Assembly: GCF_000015025.1 (NCBI RefSeq)
Contig: NC_008578.1
Coordinates: 480,001-512,000 of the forward strand
Length of the DNA stretch: 32,000 nt
Direction: 5' to 3'
DNA from: Acidothermus cellulolyticus 11B
GTDB taxonomy: Bacteria; Actinomycetota; Actinomycetes; Acidothermales; Acidothermaceae
The notes beneath the pieces were generated by a model. It saw only the letters and a program-made list of their open reading frames with translations. It was not told the DNA's origin and searched no databases. Below are positions 16,225-24,501 of this stretch, piece by piece. Position 1 is the stretch's first letter, and each line of letters starts with the position of its first letter. The position numbers were made by a program, and so were the translations under genes.

Positions 16225-17762
16225 GTCGGATGTCGCAGCTGCGCCGGCACATTGCCCCGGTTGCGCTCATTGTCGCGGTAGCCGGATCGGTCGCCTGGGC
16301 GACGGTGAATCGCGCGCCGGCGCAGCGATCCGCAACCGCCGCAGCGGTCACCGTGCCGCGGCCCTCGGAGACCCTGATCTGCCCGGACGCCGGCGGGACG
16401 TTTCCGCCGGGCGTCACCCGGGTGGCCTACGCCAATGCGGGTCCGGACGACGGCCAGCTCGCGGTCGGTCCGCTGGACCCCGTCCACCCGCCCGTCCCCG
16501 CGGCCGTGCAGCCGGACCGCGCCTGGGTGATCGACGGGCCGGCGAAGACCGGTCCGCTGGTGCTCGACGTCCGCGGCTCGCTTGTCGGCACCCTCGCGGC
16601 CATGCAATTCGCCCGGCGGATCATCGGCAGCGGGGCGGTGCAGCTCGCTACCGCGCCCTGCGAAGCCCCGGTCACCGATGCCTGGTTCATCGGCGCGTCG
16701 ACCCGTGCGGGCGCGCAGCTGCGGCTGGTGCTTGACAATCCGGACGACGTGCCCGCGACCGTCGACCTTGACCTATACAGCGATCAAGATGTGCCGACGT
16801 CGTCCCGGGGCATCCGCGTCCCCGGCCGCGCGCAGACCGCGCTCGCCATTGACCAGCTCCTGCCCGGCGCCAATCTTGTGGCGGTTCATGTCACGGTGCG
16901 AAGCGGGCGGGTCGTTCCCGGGTTGTTCACCCAGGTGATGGCCGGCCAGATACCGCTGGGCACCGCGTGGCTGCCGCGGGCGGACGGCCCGGCCACGACG
17001 CTCACGGTTCCCGGATTTCTGGGCGGGGACGGCGGCCGCACCCTGTTTCTCACCAATCCCGGGGACATCGACGCCACGGTGTCGCTGCGGGTGACAAGTC
17101 CGGACGGTTCGTTCACCCCAACCGGCTACGACCAGGTCACCGTGCCGGCCGGGCAGATCACCGCGGTCGATCTGCGGCCTGTGCTCCGGGGCGCCGACGC
17201 CGCGGTGACGATCACCTCTGATCAACCGCTCGTTGCCGGCGGATCGGTCGCGCTGCCGCAGAGCGCGGTCAGCGCGTCAGACTTGGCGTTTCTGGCCGCC
17301 GTCCCACCTCTCGGCACGGAGACTGTCGTCCCAGGCGGCGAGACCCAGCCGGGACGACGCACGCTCCTGATCTTCTCGGCGCCAGCCGGTGACGCGACCG
17401 TGCGGCTGACCGTGCTCCCGGGCGGCGGCAGCGCACCGTCCCCGGGGGCCGGGGCGGCATCGCCGGGCGCAGGGACCGCCTCGGGCGCAGGGACCGCCTT
17501 GGGTGGCGGCACGACCGCCTCGAACGTGGTCACCGTGCCGGTCCCGGCCGGGACGACGAAGGTAGTCGATCTTGGTTCGATCACCAAGGACATCGCCCCC
17601 GGTGTCGATGTCGTCGCGACCGGAGGTCCGGTGTATGCGGCGTGGGTGCTGGAAGAGAGCGGCCACGCCGGCGGCGGGATCTCCGCCATGCCGCTGCGGA
17701 CGCCGGACCGGCTCCTCACCCGCCCGCCGGTCGTCCCCGACCTCACCGCGGGGTTGCCGTGA
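16221..17762 (+). CDS. DUF5719-like membrane-anchored/secreted protein, translationally coupled to the GT2 gene
   Basis: ATG 16221 overlaps the GT2 TGA (ATGA). N-terminal anchor IAPVALIVAVAGSVAWA. The family assignment is recalled from annotation of the equivalent Streptomyces neighbourhood and was not verified here. Confidence 0.7.
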   Translation: MSRMSQLRRHIAPVALIVAVAGSVAWATVNRAPAQRSATAAAVTVPRPSETLICPDAGGTFPPGVTRVAYANAGPDDGQLAVGPLDPVHPPVPAAVQPDRAWVIDGPAKTGPLVLDVRGSLVGTLAAMQFARRIIGSGAVQLATAPCEAPVTDAWFIGASTRAGAQLRLVLDNPDDVPATVDLDLYSDQDVPTSSRGIRVPGRAQTALAIDQLLPGANLVAVHVTVRSGRVVPGLFTQVMAGQIPLGTAWLPRADGPATTLTVPGFLGGDGGRTLFLTNPGDIDATVSLRVTSPDGSFTPTGYDQVTVPAGQITAVDLRPVLRGADAAVTITSDQPLVAGGSVALPQSAVSASDLAFLAAVPPLGTETVVPGGETQPGRRTLLIFSAPAGDATVRLTVLPGGGSAPSPGAGAASPGAGTASGAGTALGGGTTASNVVTVPVPAGTTKVVDLGSITKDIAPGVDVVATGGPVYAAWVLEESGHAGGGISAMPLRTPDRLLTRPPVVPDLTAGLP

Positions 17763-17781
17763 CCCTGCGCCGCCCTACCCG

Positions 17782-18171
17782 CTACTCCTCGTCCGACCAG
17801 CCGTAATCGGGGTCCACCGTCTGCGGGTCCAGTCCGAGCAGGTCGGCGACCTGTTCGACAACCACGTCGTGAACGAGATCGCCGAGTTCGCCGAGGTCGG
17901 TGGCCCGGGCCTCGACAGGACGGCGGTAGACCACGATCTGCGCCGGGCGAGAGCCGCGGGCCGGAGTCGCCGTACCAAGCGGGATGGGCTGCCCGGCACG
18001 GCGGTCCAGGAGATACGCCGGGGGCACATCCTCGACCGCGATCTGGACGTTCTCCAACTGTGCCGCCCACCGCGTCTCCAGGTGGGCGATGGCATCCATG
18101 ACGAGATCGTCAAAGACCTCGGCGCGGGTCCGGGAGATCGGGACGGACGGCGGCGCGAGCGGTCCGCGCAT
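17782..18171 (-). CDS. Zincin_1-like 'metallopeptidase family protein' with a degenerate active-site motif
   Basis: MRGPLAPPSVPISRTRAEVFDDLV... resembles actinobacterial orthologues such as Mtb Rv3259 (recalled). LVHDVVVEQVADLLG stands where HExxH is expected. An alternative GTG start lies at 18237. Confidence 0.7.
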   Translation of the reverse strand: MRGPLAPPSVPISRTRAEVFDDLVMDAIAHLETRWAAQLENVQIAVEDVPPAYLLDRRAGQPIPLGTATPARGSRPAQIVVYRRPVEARATDLGELGDLVHDVVVEQVADLLGLDPQTVDPDYGWSDEE

Positions 18172-18287
18172 TCCGCGGCCATGGCGATCCCGATGGGGGG
18201 TCACGGCGTCTGACTGTACGCATGTTTGGCGGCTCACGGTGGGTCATTCGCAGGTGGCGGGCGTCGGAGCGACTAGCCTTCGCGAAC

Positions 18288-18641
18288 GTGAGCCCACTTC
18301 GTCGCTGTTGTCGCGCCGCATGTGGTCAGCCGGCGGTGGCGACCTTGACTTACGTGTACGCCGATTCGACCGCCGTGCTCGGCCCGTTGGCGACCTACGC
18401 CGAACCGCACTCCTACGACCTGTGCAGCAAGCATTCGGCCCGGCTCACCGCACCCCTGGGTTGGGAGATCATTCGACTGGAGATCAGCGAGCCGCCTGCA
18501 CCAGGACCCGACGATCTCGTGGCGTTGGCCGATGCGATCCGCGAGGCTGGCCGGCAACCGGCGGGCGGGGTGGACGACGACCAGAGCCGATCACAGGGTC
18601 GACGCGGCCACTTGCGTGTCCTGCGCTCCCCGGAGGCGTGA
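18288..18641 (+). CDS. DUF3499 domain protein
   Basis: VSPLRRCCRAACGQPAVATLTYVYADSTAVLGPLATYAEPHSYDLCSKHSARLTAPLGWE. It is divergent from the zincin-like gene, as in other actinobacteria. GTG 18288 is preferred over the track start at 18222. Confidence 0.7.
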   Translation: MSPLRRCCRAACGQPAVATLTYVYADSTAVLGPLATYAEPHSYDLCSKHSARLTAPLGWEIIRLEISEPPAPGPDDLVALADAIREAGRQPAGGVDDDQSRSQGRRGHLRVLRSPEA

Positions 18642-18895
18642 TATTTGCTCTCGTTGACGCCGGCCGGCCCTGTCGCCGGCTCACCCGGTTGCCGGCTCCC
18701 TGTCGTCGGCTGCCTCGCGACGTCATGCGTTACGAACTGAAACGTATGTCCGATTTGTCATAGACACGCCCGATGCTACAGGCTCCCGGGTGTTGCGCCG
18801 ATAGGGGGAAAGTCACCCGGTTGGCTGCCCCCCAATTGGGTGGCGGTTGGGTCCGGACCAACGACAGCACACGCCCCGCGCAGTCAGAGAAGGAG

Positions 18896-19246
18896 ATGGC
18901 TGTGGCCGAGAGTCTGGATCAAATCGTCACCGCCCAGGGACCGGCTGCGGTCGCCGAGGGTCACCCGACGCCGGCGAAGCGGCGCGCTCGGCGAAGTCCG
19001 CGTCGTTCCCGCCACGCGGAGAATCAGCTCCGCGGTCCCTCGTCCCTGGCCTGTCCAGAAGCCCGGTGGTTGAGCCGGTGTCACTACTGCGCCGATCCGC
19101 ACATCACCTCGATCGAGATGACGCTCACGGATGGGTCCCAGGTGCGCTTTGGGTCATGCCATCGCTGTGAACGGCATTGGTGGGAGCAGGACGGCCGATT
19201 GCTCTCCTTCGAACACGTGATTGCCAAGACCCGTAAGATCGCTTAG
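18896..19246 (+). CDS. Small hypothetical protein with two CxxC pairs (zinc-ribbon-like)
   Basis: AAGGAG lies immediately upstream of ATG 18896, with an alternative GTG at 18902. CHYC...CHRC arrangement, a basic N-terminal region and GC3-rich codons. Confidence 0.55.
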   Translation: MAVAESLDQIVTAQGPAAVAEGHPTPAKRRARRSPRRSRHAENQLRGPSSLACPEARWLSRCHYCADPHITSIEMTLTDGSQVRFGSCHRCERHWWEQDGRLLSFEHVIAKTRKIA

Positions 19247-19293
19247 TGCTCGGCGGAACCACGGGAGGGCGGCCTGCGTCGTCCTGGCCGCCA

Positions 19294-19389
19294 GAGACCC
19301 GCCTTCGCCGGCGTGACCGGGGGAGACCGGCGTTCGCCGGCGTGACCGCCGGCCGCTCACAGACCGGCGTTCGCCGGCGTGACCGCCGG
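19294..19389. repeat. Three spaced copies of a ~29-bp element containing the 14-bp palindrome CCGGCGTTCGCCGG
   Basis: Two identical 29-mers agaccggcgttcgccggcgtgaccgccgg lie at 19324-19352 and 19361-19389. A diverged copy lies at 19294-19319. All sit in the intergenic region upstream of manB. Confidence 0.9.
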
Positions 19390-19528
19390 ACCGGCCAGGT
19401 CCAGCGCGGCCTCTGCGTCCGGGTCGGGGCGGGCTTCCGGGTAGGCTGCGGTTCGCGGAAAATGCGGCTCGTGGCGTCGGGCGGCGTACCGCGCCGTAAC
19501 CCAAACAACCGGGCGGAGGGCAGATTCG

Positions 19529-20893
19529 GTGCGCGACCTCTCGGCCATTTTCAAGGCGTACGACATCCGCGGAGTGGTTCCGGACGAGCTCGACCCGGAC
19601 GTCGTCCGGGACATCGGTGCGGCCTTCGCGATTTTCACCGGTGCGCCCCAGCTCGTCGTGGCACACGACATGCGGGAGTCGTCCCCCGTGCTGGTGGAGG
19701 CTTTTGCTGAGGGGGCGACGGCACAAGGCGCGGACGTGGTCAACGCGGGGCTCGCCAGCACGGACATGCTGTATTTCGCCTCGGGCCGCTGGGACATGCC
19801 GGGGGCGATGTTCACCGCAAGTCACAATCCTGCGAAGTACAACGGCATCAAACTCTGTCTCGCCGGCGCCCGGCCGGTCGGGCAGGAGACCGGACTCGCG
19901 GACATTCGCCGCCTGGTGGAGAACGGAATTCCGCCCGGCAACCGGCCGCGCGGTGCGGTGTCCCGCCGGGACGCGGTGCGCGAATACGCGGCGTTTCTCC
20001 GCGGACTCGTTGACTTGTCGCATATTCGGCCGCTCACCGTCGTGGTGGACGCCGGCAATGGAATGGCGGGGTACACGGTGCCGCACGTCCTCGCCGATTG
20101 CCCGGTCACCGTCGTGCCGATGTATTTCGAGCTGGACGGCAATTTCCCGAATCACGAAGCAAACCCGATCGTTCCGGAGAACACCGCCGAATTGCGCGCG
20201 CGGGTTCGGGAGATGGGCGCTGACCTTGGACTGGCTTTCGACGGGGACGCCGACCGGTGCTTTGTCATCGACGAGCGGGGCGAGGTGGTATCCCCCTCGG
20301 CTATCACGGCGTTGGTGGCCGTTCGTGAATTGCGTCGCGCCCCCGGTTCAGCGATCATTCACAATCTCATCACCTCAAAAGCTGTTCCGGAAATCGTGCG
20401 GGAACACGGCGGGACGCCGATCCGCAGCCGGGTGGGTCATTCATTCATCAAGGCGCTGATGGCCGAAACCAACGCCGTCTTCGGCGGCGAGCACTCTGGC
20501 CATTTCTATTTCCGCGATTTCTGGCGGGCGGACTCCGGAATGCTAGCCGCCCTGCACGTTCTCGCCGCCCTTGGTGAAACGCCGCCGGGAACGCGGTGTT
20601 CGGAGCTGATGGCTGAATTCACCCGTTACGTCGCCTCCGGTGAAATCAACACCACGGTGCGGGACCAGGCAGGCGCGATCGCGCGGGTCAAGGCGGCGTA
20701 CGCCGACCGGCCCGGCATCACCATCGACGAGCTGGACGGCCTCACGGTCACGGCGCCGAGCTGGTGGTTCAATGTCCGGCCGTCGAACACCGAGCCGCTG
20801 CTCCGGCTGAATGTCGAGGCGGACGATCGGGCCACCATGGAGCGGGTCCGCGATGAGGTGCTCGCGTGCATCCGGGACGATGGGAGGCCGTGA
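19529..20893 (+). CDS. manB: Phosphomannomutase/phosphoglucomutase
   Basis: FKAYDIRGVVPDEL, active-site loop FTASHNPAKYNGIKL, metal loop FDGDADRC, and GGEHSGHFYF. Confidence 0.9.
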   Translation: MRDLSAIFKAYDIRGVVPDELDPDVVRDIGAAFAIFTGAPQLVVAHDMRESSPVLVEAFAEGATAQGADVVNAGLASTDMLYFASGRWDMPGAMFTASHNPAKYNGIKLCLAGARPVGQETGLADIRRLVENGIPPGNRPRGAVSRRDAVREYAAFLRGLVDLSHIRPLTVVVDAGNGMAGYTVPHVLADCPVTVVPMYFELDGNFPNHEANPIVPENTAELRARVREMGADLGLAFDGDADRCFVIDERGEVVSPSAITALVAVRELRRAPGSAIIHNLITSKAVPEIVREHGGTPIRSRVGHSFIKALMAETNAVFGGEHSGHFYFRDFWRADSGMLAALHVLAALGETPPGTRCSELMAEFTRYVASGEINTTVRDQAGAIARVKAAYADRPGITIDELDGLTVTAPSWWFNVRPSNTEPLLRLNVEADDRATMERVRDEVLACIRDDGRP

Positions 20894-21123
20894 TGACCCA
20901 GGACCAGAGTTCCGCAGCGGCGATCGACCCGGCTCTGCTCGACATCCTCGCCTGTCCGGCGTGCCGCTCCGCCCTCCAGGTGCGCACCGGGGAAAAGCCT
21001 GCCGGCGGTGCGGCGTCGGGTGAACTCGTCTGCACGAATACCGATTGCCGGCGGGCGTATCCGATCCGGGAGGGCATCCCTATTTTGCTCATCGACGAAT
21101 CGCGCGTGTTGCCTGCTGAGTGA
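20893..21123 (+). CDS. Trm112-family small zinc-finger protein
   Basis: LLDILACPACRSAL ... LVCTNTDCRRAYPIREGIPILLIDE. ATG 20893 shares one base with the manB TGA (TGATG). GGGAGG lies 5 nt upstream. Confidence 0.75.
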   Translation: MTQDQSSAAAIDPALLDILACPACRSALQVRTGEKPAGGAASGELVCTNTDCRRAYPIREGIPILLIDESRVLPAE

Positions 21124-21130
21124 ATTGTCG

Positions 21131-22294
21131 ATGGAGTTCTCGTTCAACGAAGCTGTTCTCGACGATCCCGACGCATTGGCCGCCGGCGATCCCTCCGACA
21201 TGTTGCGGGCGGTGGCGACGTCCGGCGCGCAGATTCGCGAAATGACGACCTACACCGCCGAAGCGGGAATTGAGGTCCTGGCCGAGGACCGGCCGCGTGC
21301 GGTCATTCTCTCCGCGGTCGGCTCGAGCGCCGCGGCGTGCGAAGTCCTGCGCGCGCTCGTCGGCGACGACGTGCACCTGCCGCTGATTGACGTTCCGGGG
21401 CCGGTGTTGCCGCGGTGGGTCGGACCGCTCGATCTCGTCATTGCGGTCTCCCGATCCGGGACGGCGCAACCAACGCTCTCGGTTGTCGCCGAGGCGGGAC
21501 GCCGGGGGTGCCGCGTCGTCACGGTCGCTGCGCCGGGTTCGCCGCTGGCGCATGCGTGCGACCGCGTTCACGGCCTGCATATTCCGGCCGATCGTGCCGC
21601 ACGGCACACCCGAGCGAGTCTGTGGGCGCTCGTCACGCCGCTCCTCGCCATCGCGGATCTGCTGGGACTGGCGGTTGTTCCCGCCGAGGAACTCGCGCTC
21701 GCCGCGGACCGCCTCGACAAAGTGGCGGAAACGTGCCGCCCGAGCAGCGAATCGTTTGTCAACCCAGCCAAGCAGCTGGCGCTGGAAATCGCCGGGAGCA
21801 TTCCGGTCATCTGGGGGGCGGGCCAGCTTTGCCGAACCGCAGCGAAAAGGTTTGCCCGCCAACTGCACGCCAACGCCAAATACCCGGCACTGGACGGCGG
21901 TTTACAGGAGGCGGCGCACGGCAGCGTCGCGCTTTTCGACGGGCCGTTTGCAACGTCGGCGCCGTCTGACATCTTCTGTGACCCGCTCGACTCGGGTAGT
22001 GGGCCGCCGTTTCCGCGGCTCCGCGTCGTCCTGCTTCGCGACGCGATGGAATCGCCTCCGGATGCGGCGCTTCGAGCCGCCGCCGAGACGTTGGCGACCG
22101 ATCGCGGGATCCGGCTCAGCGAGATTCTCGCCGATGCCGGCCAACCGTTGGAGCGGCTCGCGCAATTCATCGCACTGGGCGATTTTGCGAGCATTTACCT
22201 GGCGCTCGGGTTGGGTGTCGATCCCGGCGCGACGCCCGCCGTCCTCGAAATGAAAGACCGTGTCTCCCAGCTTTTTCGCGGCATTGACCGCTGA
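21131..22294 (+). CDS. SIS-domain bifunctional phosphoglucose/phosphomannose isomerase-like protein
   Basis: MEFSFNEAVLDDPDALAAGDPSDMLRAVATSGAQIRE... is typical of the actinobacterial SIS PGI/PMI found next to manB. ATG lies 7 nt after the Trm112 stop. Confidence 0.8.
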   Translation: MEFSFNEAVLDDPDALAAGDPSDMLRAVATSGAQIREMTTYTAEAGIEVLAEDRPRAVILSAVGSSAAACEVLRALVGDDVHLPLIDVPGPVLPRWVGPLDLVIAVSRSGTAQPTLSVVAEAGRRGCRVVTVAAPGSPLAHACDRVHGLHIPADRAARHTRASLWALVTPLLAIADLLGLAVVPAEELALAADRLDKVAETCRPSSESFVNPAKQLALEIAGSIPVIWGAGQLCRTAAKRFARQLHANAKYPALDGGLQEAAHGSVALFDGPFATSAPSDIFCDPLDSGSGPPFPRLRVVLLRDAMESPPDAALRAAAETLATDRGIRLSEILADAGQPLERLAQFIALGDFASIYLALGLGVDPGATPAVLEMKDRVSQLFRGIDR

Positions 22295-22339
22295 TCCGCC
22301 GATGCGTCTGGTTCCTTCGCGGCGTTGACCGCTGATCCG
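22275..22339. repeat. The 24-bp segment holding the last codons and stop of the SIS isomerase gene is repeated 41 bp downstream
   Basis: ttcgcggcAttgaccgcTGAtccg (22275-22298) versus ttcgcggcGttgaccgcTGAtccg (22316-22339). Confidence 0.9.
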
Positions 22340-22476
22340 GCGTGGCGCCTCAGCGTTCGCAACCGCGGCCGCGGCACGGCGACCGTTGCGGCGTCCCGGT
22401 GGTTGCGGGCTGCGACGGGCCGGAACGCCGTCCCGACGAGGCCGTATGCTCAGGATGACCGAGGGGAGGGCGCGTG

Positions 22477-23907
22477 ATGGACTACAAGGTCGCCGACCTG
22501 GCGCTGGCCGAGTTCGGGCGCAAAGAGATCCGGCTGGCCGAGCATGAAATGCCGGGCCTCATGGCGCTGCGCCGCCAATACCGGGAGTCTCAGCCGTTGG
22601 CCGGCGCGCGGATCACCGGCTCGTTGCACATGACGGTGCAGACCGCGGTCCTCATCGAAACCCTGGTCGACCTCGGGGCACAGGTGCGGTGGGCGAGTTG
22701 CAACATCTTCTCCACGCAGGATCACGCCGCCGCCGCCGTTGTTGTCGGACCCGACGGTACGCCGGATCAACCGCGGGGAGTCCCGGTGTTCGCGTGGAAG
22801 GGCGAGACCATCGAGGAGTACTGGTGGTGCACGGAACAGGCGTTGCGGTGGCCGGATGGTGACGGTCCGAACATGTTGTTGGACGACGGCGGCGATGCCA
22901 CGCTCCTCGTGCATAAAGGCGTCGACATGGAGAAGACCGGTGTTGTCCCGGATCCGGACGACGCGGATTCCCCTGACCTTGCCGCGATTTCTCGCCTGCT
23001 CCGCCGCTCCTACGCCGAGGATCCCCGCCGCTGGACGACGATCGCGGGCGGAATTCGCGGCGTCACGGAGGAAACGACCACCGGTGTGCATCGACTGCAC
23101 CAGATGGCCGCCGCCGGCACCCTGCTGTTTCCGGCTATCAACGTCAACGACTCGGTCACGAAGTCGAAATTCGACAACAAGTACGGCTGCCGGCACTCCC
23201 TGATCGATGGAATCAACCGCGCGACCGATGTGCTGATCGGCGGCAAACTCGCGGTGGTCTGCGGCTACGGCGACGTCGGCAAGGGGTGTGCGCAAGCGCT
23301 TCGCGGTCAAGGCGCCCGCGTGGTCGTCACCGAAATCGACCCCATCTGCGCTCTGCAGGCGGCGATGGACGGCTATCAGGTGACCACGCTCGACGACGTC
23401 GTCACCCAGGCGGACATCGTCATCACCGCAACCGGATGTGTCAATGTCGTCACCGTCGACCACTTGTCCCGAATGAAGCATCAGGCCATTGTCGGGAACA
23501 TCGGTCACTTTGACCACGAGATCGACATGGCGGGACTCGCTGCGGTTCCGGGCATTCGCCGTGTTCCAATTAAACCGCAGGTGGATGAATGGGTGTTCCC
23601 GGACGGCCACTCGGTTATCGTGCTGTCGGAAGGGCGGCTGCTGAATCTCGGCAATGCGACCGGTCATCCGAGCTTCGTGATGAGCAATTCCTTTTCGAAC
23701 CAGGTGCTGGCGCAGATCGAGCTCTTCACCAAGGCCTCGGAATATCCCGTGGGCGTGTACACACTGCCGAAGAAGCTGGACGAAATGGTCGCCCGCCTGC
23801 ACCTGGACGCGCTCGGCGTGAAACTCACCACCCTCACCCCGCAGCAGGCCGCGTATCTCGGCGTACCAGTGGACGGACCATACAAGCCGGACTCATATCG
23901 TTACTAA
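22477..23907 (+). CDS. ahcY: Adenosylhomocysteinase
   Basis: [62 protein letters not shown], and C-terminal YKPDSYRY. Confidence 0.95.
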   Translation: MDYKVADLALAEFGRKEIRLAEHEMPGLMALRRQYRESQPLAGARITGSLHMTVQTAVLIETLVDLGAQVRWASCNIFSTQDHAAAAVVVGPDGTPDQPRGVPVFAWKGETIEEYWWCTEQALRWPDGDGPNMLLDDGGDATLLVHKGVDMEKTGVVPDPDDADSPDLAAISRLLRRSYAEDPRRWTTIAGGIRGVTEETTTGVHRLHQMAAAGTLLFPAINVNDSVTKSKFDNKYGCRHSLIDGINRATDVLIGGKLAVVCGYGDVGKGCAQALRGQGARVVVTEIDPICALQAAMDGYQVTTLDDVVTQADIVITATGCVNVVTVDHLSRMKHQAIVGNIGHFDHEIDMAGLAAVPGIRRVPIKPQVDEWVFPDGHSVIVLSEGRLLNLGNATGHPSFVMSNSFSNQVLAQIELFTKASEYPVGVYTLPKKLDEMVARLHLDALGVKLTTLTPQQAAYLGVPVDGPYKPDSYRY

Positions 23908-23916
23908 TCATGTCCG

Positions 23917-24408
23917 TTACGTGAAGAGTGCGTCGCCGACGGGTCCGCCGGCGTGGCGGAACGCGTTCTGCCGCCACGCCTCGTAGACCGCGACCGCGGC
24001 GGCGTTCGCCAGGTTGAGCGAACGCCGTCCCGGCAGCATGGGGATGCGGACCCGCTCGGTGATGCGGGGGTCGGTGAGGATCGAATCCGGTAAGCCGGTG
24101 CGCTCGGTGCCGAACATCAGCGCGTCGCCGTCCCGGTACTCGACGTCGGTGTACGGACGCTCGGCCCTCCCGGTGAACGCAAAAATCCTGCCGGACGCCA
24201 GGACCTCCCAGGCCGCGTCCATGTTCGGGTGGACGACGACGGTGGCGAATTCGTGGTAGTCCAAGCCGGCGCGGCGCAGGCGCGCATCGGACATGTCAAA
24301 CGCAAGCGGGCCCACCAGGTGCAGCTCGCAGCCCGTCGCCGCGGCCAACCGGATCGCGTTTCCCGTATTCGGCGGAATCCGGGGCTCGACAAAAACCAAC
24401 CGGAACAC
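23917..24408 (-). CDS. trmL: tRNA (cytidine/uridine-2'-O)-methyltransferase, SpoU/TrmL type
   Basis: MFRLVFVEPRIPPNTGNAIRLAAATGCELHLVGPLAFDMSDARLRRAGLDY. Confidence 0.9.
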   Translation of the reverse strand: MFRLVFVEPRIPPNTGNAIRLAAATGCELHLVGPLAFDMSDARLRRAGLDYHEFATVVVHPNMDAAWEVLASGRIFAFTGRAERPYTDVEYRDGDALMFGTERTGLPDSILTDPRITERVRIPMLPGRRSLNLANAAAVAVYEAWRQNAFRHAGGPVGDALFT

Positions 24409-24501
24409 CTCTCGTCACGGCCCTCTTCGATTTCGGAGCTGTCGATCAGACGATCCCGGCGGCCGGTCGCCCGTCGCGGGCCGGTCGCCCGTCGTGCGGA
24501 A

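Noticed and set aside
6325-21130. Upstream extensions of track ORFs: 6325 for the DDAH-like gene, 7281 for rocD, 15954 for DUF5719, 18222 for DUF3499, 18773 for the CxxC gene, 20866 for Trm112 and 21008 for the SIS gene.
   Set aside because: These extensions overlap the preceding gene or encode low-complexity sequence. Downstream starts have SD sequences or stop/start overlaps and give family-typical N-termini.
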